Below are positions 1 to 7,207 of a stretch of 32,000 nucleotides of DNA, in pieces. The notes under the pieces were generated by a model that made no database searches, was not told where the DNA came from, and worked only from the letters and a program-made list of their open reading frames with translations. Origin of the DNA: Vibrio vulnificus CMCP6 (GTDB lineage Bacteria; Pseudomonadota; Gammaproteobacteria; Enterobacterales; Vibrionaceae); assembly GCF_000039765.1 (NCBI RefSeq), contig NC_004459.3, forward strand, positions 450,001 to 482,000. The letters are read 5' to 3'. A program made the translations under genes and the position numbers. Numbering within the stretch: position 1 is the stretch's first letter; each line of letters starts with the position of its first letter.

Positions 1-92
1 CAATCTGTACTATAGTTTGTCGCGTACAAACACGGACTAAGCCAAAAACTTAATCTCTGGTTTAGAAATAAGACATTTTTAGGAGCAAAAAA

Positions 93-701
93 ATGGTACT
101 AGTAGGTCGTCAAGCCCCTGATTTTACTGCAGCTGCTGTTCTAGGTAACGGTGAGATCGTTGATAACTTCAATTTTGCAGAGTTTACTAAAGGTAAGAAA
201 GCTGTTGTTTTCTTCTACCCACTAGACTTCACTTTCGTTTGCCCATCTGAACTGATCGCATTCGACAACCGTTACGAAGATTTCAAAGCAAAAGGCGTTG
301 AAGTGATCGGTGTTTCTATCGACTCTCAGTTTTCTCACAACGCATGGCGTAACACGCCAGTTGAAAATGGCGGTATCGGTCAAGTTAAATACCCTCTAAT
401 TGCTGACGTTAAACACGAAATCTGTCAAGCGTACGATGTTGAGCACCCAGAAGCAGGCGTTGCTTTCCGTGGCTCTTTCCTAATCGACGAAGATGGTTTA
501 GTACGTCACCAAGTAGTGAACGATCTACCTCTAGGTCGTAACATCGACGAAATGCTACGCATGGTTGATGCACTGAACTTCCACCAGAAGCACGGCGAAG
601 TATGTCCTGCTCAATGGGAAGAAGGTAAAGCAGGTATGGACGCATCACCTCAAGGTGTTGCAGCGTTCCTATCTGAGCACGCAGCTGACCTTAAAAAATA
701 A
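93..701 (+). CDS. ahpC: Typical 2-Cys peroxiredoxin, AhpC/TsaA (Prx) family
   Basis: 202-aa ORF with ATG at 93 and AGGAG at 81-85. Peroxidatic Cys lies in FTFVCPSE and resolving Cys in GEVCPAQW, both hallmark motifs of this family. A hairpin terminator follows. Confidence 0.93.
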   Translation: MVLVGRQAPDFTAAAVLGNGEIVDNFNFAEFTKGKKAVVFFYPLDFTFVCPSELIAFDNRYEDFKAKGVEVIGVSIDSQFSHNAWRNTPVENGGIGQVKYPLIADVKHEICQAYDVEHPEAGVAFRGSFLIDEDGLVRHQVVNDLPLGRNIDEMLRMVDALNFHQKHGEVCPAQWEEGKAGMDASPQGVAAFLSEHAADLKK

Positions 702-817
702 GGTTCTTTAACGCCCGAGCTCAAACGGGTGAATGGTTGGAAACGCTCAAAGAGCGTAATAAAACAATAGATTGCGGAAACCGCAACGCGCCAATCAGTA
801 TAAAGTAAAGTCCTTCC

Positions 818-850
818 AAAGCCCGATGCATTGCATCGGGCTTTTCTTTT
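818..850 (+). terminator. Rho-independent terminator of ahpC
   Basis: GC-rich stem gcccgatgc / gcatcgggc (821-829 with 833-841) followed by cttttcttttt. Confidence 0.8.
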
Positions 851-962
851 TCGCACAAAACACCCTCTTAAACCCGGTAATTGAAGCGAAAAAGTTTACC
901 CCTATTCTTCACCATGCTCCTGCTATGATGAACCTCTGTTCTCTCTATTCAAACGAAAAAAC

Positions 963-1715
963 ATGAGTTACCAAGTCGAAGTTTGTATCGATAATATCGA
1001 ATCTCTACACAATGCTCTTGAAGGTGGCGCAACTCGGATTGAGCTTTGTTCTTCCCTCGCATTAGGTGGGTTAACCCCTAGTTATGGGTTTATGACCCTT
1101 GCGGCAAAATTGTCGACGGTTCCGATTTACGCCATGATCAGGCCAAGACAGGGAGACTTCTTATACAGCGATGATGAATTTGCGATCATGCAGCAAGATA
1201 TTTTGTCCGCTCAGCAAGCAGGCTTACAAGGCGTGGTATTTGGCCTGCTGACAGCAGATGGCGATATTGATGTCGCAAGAACCCGCATATTGGTCGAACT
1301 CGCCCACTCGCTACAGCTTGGCGTAACTTTTCACCGTGCTTTTGATCAATGCCGAGAACCTTTTGCCGCTTTGGAGCAGATCATTGACCTTGGATGCGAG
1401 CGAATCTTAACTTCCGGGCTTGCCGCCAGCGCGCCTTTAGGTAAAGAAATACTGACTCAGCTCGTGGCTCACAGCCAATCTCGCCTCGCTATCATGGCTG
1501 GCGCAGGTGTCTCCCCTGTTAACGTTGCCGATCTGGCACTGACAACAGGGGTTAAAGAAGTGCATCTTTCAGGCAAGAGCACTCGCCCAAGCAAAATGAC
1601 CTTTATTGCTTCTGACAGCAAGATGGGCGCAGCGGACCAAGACGATTTTATTATCCCGATTACCCATACAGCCACCATTCGCAATACCGTATTAGCTCTC
1701 AAATCAATCAGCTAA
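963..1715 (+). CDS. cutC: Copper homeostasis protein CutC (TIM-barrel family)
   Basis: 250-aa ORF with ATG at 963. The N-terminus ([10 protein letters not shown]...[20 protein letters not shown]), internal HRAFD and C-terminal EVHLSG match the CutC family pattern as I remember it. Confidence 0.88.
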   Translation: MSYQVEVCIDNIESLHNALEGGATRIELCSSLALGGLTPSYGFMTLAAKLSTVPIYAMIRPRQGDFLYSDDEFAIMQQDILSAQQAGLQGVVFGLLTADGDIDVARTRILVELAHSLQLGVTFHRAFDQCREPFAALEQIIDLGCERILTSGLAASAPLGKEILTQLVAHSQSRLAIMAGAGVSPVNVADLALTTGVKEVHLSGKSTRPSKMTFIASDSKMGAADQDDFIIPITHTATIRNTVLALKSIS

Positions 1716-1723
1716 CTGCCCGA

Positions 1724-1768
1724 ACGCCCTCCTTCAATGCTATGATTTAACAAAGCAAAGGAGGGCGT
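1724..1768 (+). promoter_or_regulatory. Hairpin pairing an anti-SD (acgccctcctt) with the ppk2 SD (aaggagggcgt)
   Basis: Perfect 11-bp Watson-Crick stem, 1724-1734 with 1758-1768, and a 23-nt AT-rich loop. The right arm ends 1 nt before the ppk2 ATG (1769). No U-tract follows, so it is not a canonical terminator. Confidence 0.5.
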
Positions 1769-2545
1769 ATGGGAAAGCTGAAAAAAAAGTTCTATGAACA
1801 AGAACTCGAGAACTTACAAATTGAGTTAGTCAAACTTCAAGAATGGGTTAAGCATAAAAAACTCAAAGTCGTCGTCATTTTTGAAGGGCGAGATGCCGCT
1901 GGTAAAGGCGGTGTTATCAAACGCATTACTGAAAAACTGAATCCTCGCGTCTGTCGTATCGCAGCATTGCCTGCTCCGACAGAGAAAGAAAAAACGCAAT
2001 GGTATTTCCAACGTTATGTTGCGCATTTACCTGCCGGCGGTGAAATCGTGCTGTTTGATCGCAGCTGGTATAATCGCGCTGGTGTGGAAAAAGTGATGGG
2101 ATTTTGCAGTGAGGAGGAATATGAAGAGTTTTTGCGATCCTGTCCTGAATTTGAGCGCATGCTACAGCGCTCGGGCATCATACTCCTAAAATACTGGTTC
2201 TCCGTTTCCGATGAAGAGCAGGAAAAACGCTTTATCGAACGCATCAACACGCCAATCAAACGCTGGAAGTTTAGCCCGATGGATCTCGAATCGCGTAATC
2301 GCTGGGCAGAATATTCCAAAGCCAAAGATGAAATGTTTGCTTATACCGACACGAAATATTGTCCTTGGTGGGTAGTACCCTCAGATGATAAACGCCGTGC
2401 TCGCCTCAACTGCATTAGTCATTTACTCAGCAGTATTGACTATCAGGATGTGGTGCATCCACCCGTCACATTACCGGAGCTTAATAAAGAGGGCTACGTC
2501 CGTTCTCCTGTTGATGAACAAACCTTTGTCCCTTTTAAATACTGA
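1769..2545 (+). CDS. ppk2: Polyphosphate kinase 2 (single-domain PPK2)
   Basis: 258-aa ORF with ATG at 1769 and a strong SD. It has a Walker A-like GRDAAGKGG, the FDRSWYNR motif, and the length typical of one-domain PPK2 enzymes. Confidence 0.88.
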   Translation: MGKLKKKFYEQELENLQIELVKLQEWVKHKKLKVVVIFEGRDAAGKGGVIKRITEKLNPRVCRIAALPAPTEKEKTQWYFQRYVAHLPAGGEIVLFDRSWYNRAGVEKVMGFCSEEEYEEFLRSCPEFERMLQRSGIILLKYWFSVSDEEQEKRFIERINTPIKRWKFSPMDLESRNRWAEYSKAKDEMFAYTDTKYCPWWVVPSDDKRRARLNCISHLLSSIDYQDVVHPPVTLPELNKEGYVRSPVDEQTFVPFKY

Positions 2546-2555
2546 TTAATACAAC

Positions 2556-3497
2556 ATGGCCAAAGATCTATTTTACTCTCTCGATTTAAACTTGTTGCGC
2601 ACCTTCATGGTGCTCTACCAAGAAAAAAACATGCGTAAAGCATCAAAGCGATTGTTCGTTTCACAGCCAGCAATTAGCCAAGCACTACAAAAACTGCGCC
2701 ATCATTTTGGTGATGAACTGTTTGTCAAAGTCCCCACCGGCTTAGAAGCCACCCCATTTACCGAAACTGTGTTGACGGCTATTACGCCCCATCTCGACGG
2801 GTTGGCTTCTGCCCTCAATCAAACCTATGAGTTCAATCCAATCGAGCTTTCTGGCCGAATTAAAATTGCGCTTTCACCTATTGTGATGGCCTCTTTGACT
2901 GGGGCTTTATTCACTCGCTTTATTACTCAAGCCCCCAATTGTACGATTGAACTGGTGGGTTGGAACAAAGATACCTTTACCAACATCCAACAAGGAACCA
3001 TCGATTTCGGCGTCAACTTAGAGCAAGACATTCCGCAGAATATTTCTTGTAAAAAGCTGGTCGAACTGACCGGAAAACTGATTGTAAGACGTGATCATCC
3101 GATTGATAAACAAACAGTGACAGCAAAAGATCTCGAACCTTACCCTATCGCTTCAATTATCACTCCAGGATGGAATGACAACTTTACCCATGCAGCGCAA
3201 CTAATGGAAAAAGAAGGTGCCACTCCAACCGTTGGCTTTCGCTCAGAGATCATTCTTGCCGTGATCGATATTGTTCAACATACCAACTACTTTATGCCTC
3301 ACTCCAATTTATTTCCTCTCGCACAGTACCCCAATCTAAGAGCGCTTGACATTTTAGTGGCTGGTCGGCCGTTTATGCATGGTGTATTTAGCTACTACCA
3401 CAGCAGAAACCGCAATAACCCGTTAATGCATTGGATACACCACGAGATCAACGCTGTCCTTGAAAAACAGCTTAGTGATAACTTAAGATTATCATAA
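2556..3497 (+). CDS. LysR-family transcriptional regulator
   Basis: 313-aa ORF. It has an N-terminal wHTH (LRTFMVLYQEKNMRKASKRLFVSQPAISQALQKLR) and a C-terminal substrate-binding-type domain of LysR length. It starts 10 nt after the ppk2 stop. Confidence 0.85.
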   Translation: MAKDLFYSLDLNLLRTFMVLYQEKNMRKASKRLFVSQPAISQALQKLRHHFGDELFVKVPTGLEATPFTETVLTAITPHLDGLASALNQTYEFNPIELSGRIKIALSPIVMASLTGALFTRFITQAPNCTIELVGWNKDTFTNIQQGTIDFGVNLEQDIPQNISCKKLVELTGKLIVRRDHPIDKQTVTAKDLEPYPIASIITPGWNDNFTHAAQLMEKEGATPTVGFRSEIILAVIDIVQHTNYFMPHSNLFPLAQYPNLRALDILVAGRPFMHGVFSYYHSRNRNNPLMHWIHHEINAVLEKQLSDNLRLS

Positions 3498-3542
3498 AGA
3501 TAATTAACTGATATTAGATACACCATCACTTATCAACCATTA

Positions 3543-3591
3543 TTGCCATCAGAAATTGTCATGTGAAACAAGGAATCAATTTCTGAGGCAA
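3543..3591. repeat. Long interrupted inverted repeat in the lysR-lipoprotein intergenic region
   Basis: ttgccatcagaaattg (3543-3558) pairs with caatttctgaggcaa (3577-3591). That is 15 bp with one bulged t and an 18-nt spacer, with no U-tract after it. Confidence 0.5.
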
Positions 3592-3704
3592 ATTGATGGT
3601 TACAAGCAACCCTACCATATCAATACTTGCCTCTTACTGAAGGATTAGACGAATCCCGTTTGCTCATTAGTCGTGAGCTCAACTTCAAGATTGTAGGTAT
3701 TGAT

Positions 3705-4325
3705 ATGAAAAAATCACTGATGTCGCTAGTCATTACTAGCTCACTTGTTTTAGCTGGTTGTTCCTCTAGCGCCAACAACGCTGGCCATTCAGGCACTGAA
3801 GCGACACCCGATCGGCTTCCACCAGTGTGGCACTCACCAGAAGACGCAGTAAACACTCCAGATCGCCAACCACCGCTATGGGGTGGCCCAACTGACGATG
3901 GCAATACTCCAGATCGTCAACCGCCACTATGGGGTGGCCCAACTGACGATGGTAATCCCCCTGATCGTTTGCCACCAACTTGGAATGACCCAGAGCAACC
4001 TCCGATGTGGAATTCACCACTTTACTCTTACGTGATCGACGGCGATAAAATTACCGATGCCAATGGTAATGAATACACAATATCCCGTGAATACTGGAAT
4101 GACCATGAATTTACCGTTCAAGATAAAGATGGCAACGTCTATTGGGTTCGAAGGCTAACAGATGGTGAACACAGTGGAAACTTCGCAGTATTTCACAATG
4201 GGGAAATCATTTATGTCGGTGGCGACACCGTCAAAGGTGGCATCGCTCCAGCACTTGAAGCAGCAAAACCTAAATTGGACCGCCAAGCAGTCAGAGATAC
4301 GATTCGCGCACGAATCAACCTATAA
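3705..4325 (+). CDS. Putative lipoprotein with Pro/Trp-rich 17-aa tandem repeats, function unknown
   Basis: I prefer the ATG at 3705 over the ORF-track start at 3627, because it gives MKKSLMSLVITSSLVLAGC, a signal peptide with an L-A-G-C lipobox. Four PDR-x-PP-x-W repeats follow, then a roughly 100-aa globular C-terminus. Confidence 0.75.
   Translation: MKKSLMSLVITSSLVLAGCSSSANNAGHSGTEATPDRLPPVWHSPEDAVNTPDRQPPLWGGPTDDGNTPDRQPPLWGGPTDDGNPPDRLPPTWNDPEQPPMWNSPLYSYVIDGDKITDANGNEYTISREYWNDHEFTVQDKDGNVYWVRRLTDGEHSGNFAVFHNGEIIYVGGDTVKGGIAPALEAAKPKLDRQAVRDTIRARINL
3804..4007 (+). repeat. Four in-frame tandem 51-bp (17-codon) repeat units
   Basis: Units 3855-3905 and 3906-3956 differ at only 4 of 51 nt. 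Units 3804-3854 and 3957-4007 are degenerate copies encoding TPDRLPPVWHSPEDAVN and PPDRLPPTWNDPEQ. Confidence 0.9.
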
Positions 4326-4341
4326 CATCTTCTCCTTTCCT

Positions 4342-4364
4342 TTGGCTCCCATTGTGGGAGCCAA
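4342..4364 (+). terminator. Intercistronic hairpin (possible attenuator or weak terminator) after the lipoprotein gene
   Basis: ttggctccca (4342-4351) pairs perfectly with tgggagccaa (4355-4364) around a 3-nt loop. It is followed by tctctg rather than a clean U-tract. Confidence 0.4.
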
Positions 4365-4383
4365 TCTCTGAATAGGTATTTTC

Positions 4384-5058
4384 ATGAGCAAAAAAGCAAT
4401 GGCCTTTTGCTGCTTAGTTATTAGCGAAGCAGTTCAAGCGGGCTTTAGTGTTTCAATTGAAAAGGACTTAATTGAACTCGGAGTGTCTGCCGCTGTCACC
4501 GATAAAAGTTATTTATACATTGGCGCAGATAGCAATGAATGGTTAGGCATTGGTGTTGGCTACCAACACCGTTTGTCATCACAATGGACCGCCAACGCTT
4601 ACTATGAGTTTGGCTTAGAAGATGATTGGCTGATGAATGACGCTCTGGAAGTTGATGGTGTAAAAACCAAAAGCCATTTTTTAGATTTTTCAACCACGCA
4701 CCGTTTTGATGACTATTCGACTAAGCTGGGTATCACAGGAGAGTTTACGCGCAACGGCTTTACTTGGATTACAGTGGACGATTCTGATAAGTATTCCATG
4801 TATGCTTCTGTAGCCCGCTATTTTCAGTCTCTTTATGTTACTGGCCGATACGAACATCATTACGCCATTGATCGCTCAGACATGATCGATTTCAATCAAG
4901 GACACGCCAACGAATGGGAATTCTCAATCGGCACCATGCGATCAATATGGAAAATTTATCCTTATCTCAAAGCCAATATTTTAAGCCCTAATGGTACCTA
5001 TTACGGAAGCCAAAGCACCAATGTAAGTTGGTCGATGGGCGGAACCATTTCATTTTAA
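4384..5058 (+). CDS. Putative small outer-membrane beta-barrel protein or porin, uncharacterised
   Basis: 224-aa ORF with ATG at 4384. It has an N-terminal signal-like segment ending AVQA, alternating aromatic/polar strands (GIGVGYQHRL, ANAYYEFGL, YVTGRYEHHY) and a C-terminal GGTISF ending in Phe, as expected of a beta-barrel assembly signal. Confidence 0.6.
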   Translation: MSKKAMAFCCLVISEAVQAGFSVSIEKDLIELGVSAAVTDKSYLYIGADSNEWLGIGVGYQHRLSSQWTANAYYEFGLEDDWLMNDALEVDGVKTKSHFLDFSTTHRFDDYSTKLGITGEFTRNGFTWITVDDSDKYSMYASVARYFQSLYVTGRYEHHYAIDRSDMIDFNQGHANEWEFSIGTMRSIWKIYPYLKANILSPNGTYYGSQSTNVSWSMGGTISF

Positions 5059-5187
5059 CACACATAATAAGCAGGACTTATTAAAGAGATAACCATTGCG
5101 ACTTATACATAAACAAAATTAATAACCAAGATAACCTCATACAGGAATGGAACTCCATCTTAATACAATCAACTTTTAGGTAATATC

Positions 5188-5661
5188 ATGAAAAAGATGG
5201 CGATAATTCTCTCTTCACTTATTTGCTCTAGTGCTTACGCGGGAATCACTATTTCACCAGAGCTCAAACTGGGTCCTTATAAAGGTGCCGGAATTCAAGT
5301 GGGTTTAACAAACACTCTCGGTTTTGATGCGGTGTTTGCCGAGTTGGCGAAAACGCGTTATGAGAGCAAAATCTACGATGAAGAAATCTATTCATACCGT
5401 GTTGGTTTTCAACAAATGTTTGGTGCCAGCAAACAGCATGGTTTTCAGGCAAGCCTAGGGTTGGCTCAATATGATGGCTATTTAAGAGAAGAGCATAAAA
5501 CAGCGAATGGTTTAAGCATTGGTGGTAGCTATGTATTCCAAGCAAACCAACATTTGTTTTTACGCGCCGGTGTTGACTTCAACGTGTTTGACACCAATGC
5601 AACGTATATCCCATCCGATACCTCGCCTAACTTTAATCTCGGCTTTGGCTTACGTTTCTAA
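5188..5661 (+). CDS. Putative 8-stranded-size outer-membrane beta-barrel protein (OmpX/OmpW/OmpA-barrel-like)
   Basis: 157-aa ORF. It has signal peptide MKKMAIILSSLICSSAYA, alternating beta-strand patterns and a C-terminal NLGFGLRF ending in Phe. Confidence 0.65.
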   Translation: MKKMAIILSSLICSSAYAGITISPELKLGPYKGAGIQVGLTNTLGFDAVFAELAKTRYESKIYDEEIYSYRVGFQQMFGASKQHGFQASLGLAQYDGYLREEHKTANGLSIGGSYVFQANQHLFLRAGVDFNVFDTNATYIPSDTSPNFNLGFGLRF

Positions 5662-5664
5662 CGA

Positions 5665-6363
5665 TTATCTCAGTGCGTCATTGATCCCTTGATCACCCAA
5701 ATGACGCACATCTTTTCCCTTGACGAAATAGATGATGTACTCGCAGATATTTTGGCAACGATCACCAACTCGTTCAATCGCACGAGCAGACCACATTACT
5801 TGAAGGATGTTGGGGATATTCTTCGGATTTTCCATCATATACGTCATAAGCTGGCGAATCACCGCCTCATACTCCGCATCGATTTTATCGTCCATTTTGT
5901 GCACTTCGGCTGCCGCATCCACGTCCATCCGCGCAAACGCGTCTAACACCAAGTGCAGCATCTGAATAGCTTGTCGAGCCAGTGGCTCTAAGGAAACATT
6001 AAACTGACGCTCTTTTGATGAAGGGCTTTCTATGGCGACATAGGCCATTTTAGTTGCCACATCACCAATGCGTTCTAAATCGGTAATGGTTTTGATGATC
6101 GCCATGATAAGGCGCAAATCTTTTGCGGTTGGCTGACGCTTGGCAATGATTCTCGTGCAGGCATCATCAATGGAAACTTCCATCGCATTGACTTTGTGAT
6201 CATCACGCACCACTCGTCTGGCAAGATCGATATCGTCGTTATGCAGCGCTTGCATGGCAAAAGAAAGCTGTTGTTCAACCAAGCCCCCCATCGTCAAGAC
6301 ATGAGTACGAATAGACTCAAGTTCTACATTGAATTGCCCTGAGATATGACGCCCGAAATGCAT
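5665..6363 (-). CDS. phoU: Phosphate signalling and transport regulator PhoU
   Basis: 232-aa ORF with two PhoU repeats carrying the E/D-xxx-D metal motifs (DLERIGD, AIERVGD). It lies downstream of pstB. Confidence 0.95.
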   Translation of the reverse strand: MHFGRHISGQFNVELESIRTHVLTMGGLVEQQLSFAMQALHNDDIDLARRVVRDDHKVNAMEVSIDDACTRIIAKRQPTAKDLRLIMAIIKTITDLERIGDVATKMAYVAIESPSSKERQFNVSLEPLARQAIQMLHLVLDAFARMDVDAAAEVHKMDDKIDAEYEAVIRQLMTYMMENPKNIPNILQVMWSARAIERVGDRCQNICEYIIYFVKGKDVRHLGDQGINDALR

Positions 6364-6387
6364 AACGATCCTTATCTAAAATATGTG

Positions 6388-7206
6388 CTAGCCGTAGCGG
6401 CCAGTAATGTAATCTTCAGTTTGCTTTTTCATCGGAGAGGTGAAGATGGTATCTGCGTCCGAATACTCAATGAGCTTACCCATGTGGATAAAGGCAGTAT
6501 AGTCGCTCACTCGCGCAGCTTGCTGCATGTTGTGAGTGACAATGACCACAGTATATTGAGTCTTTAGGTCGTTGATAAGCTCTTCAATCGTTAAAGTTGA
6601 TATAGGATCCAAAGCCGATGTTGGTTCGTCCAATAACAGCACTTCTGGCTCGATGGCGACCGCTCGGGCAATGACCAATCGCTGCTGTTGCCCACCAGAG
6701 AGACCAAAGGCATTCTCATGCAGGCGGTCTTTCACTTCATCCCATAACGCCGCCGAGCGTAAAGATCGCTCTACTGCGTCATCAAGCGTTCGGCTATTTT
6801 TCACACCTTGCAAGCGTAAACCATACACCACATTTTCATAGATGGATTTAGGAAATGGATTGGGCCTTTGAAACACCATCCCGACCCGACGCCTTAAGGT
6901 TGCAACGTCGACACTAGGATCGTAAACATTGCTGCCATACAGCTTAACGCTGCCTGTCACTTTGCATCCTTCCACTAGATCGTTCATGCGATTAATACAA
7001 CGCAGCAACGTTGACTTACCACAACCTGACGGACCGATAAATGCCGTCACTCTCCCTTTGGGAATGCGCATCGAAATGTCGTACAGTGCCTGACTTTGAC
7101 CATAGTGCAGATCCAAGTTCTCAATCGTAATGGCCGTTTTATCGTCAGGCAGATTATTCACATCTAAAGGGGCGTGATAGCCCAATGTGTCATTGAAAGA
7201 ATACAT
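6388..7206 (-). CDS. pstB: Phosphate ABC transporter ATP-binding protein PstB
   Basis: 272-aa ORF with Walker [10 protein letters not shown], signature LSGGQQQR and Walker [12 protein letters not shown]. Its start lies 2 nt after the pstA stop. Confidence 0.96.
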
Positions 7207-7207
7207 C

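Noticed and set aside
772-966. A 64-aa ORF between ahpC and cutC, plus the small hairpin ttgcgg-aaa-ccgcaa (772-786).
   Set aside because: The ORF runs straight through the ahpC terminator hairpin and has no SD. The 6-bp hairpin is too short to interpret.
3627-3704. A 26-codon N-terminal extension of the lipoprotein ORF (track start at 3627).
   Set aside because: The internal ATG at 3705 yields a textbook lipoprotein signal peptide with a lipobox. The extension would bury the signal peptide and has no RBS.
3804-4007. The tandem 51-bp repeats as a possible CRISPR array or minisatellite.
   Set aside because: The units abut directly with no spacers. They are in frame within a signal-peptide-bearing ORF, and the differences between copies are synonymous. 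This is a coding repeat, not a CRISPR array.
5066-5082. The aataag-cagga-cttatt hairpin after the 224-aa barrel gene as a terminator.
   Set aside because: It is a 6-bp stem made almost entirely of A-T pairs, with no convincing U-tract, so it is too weak to call.
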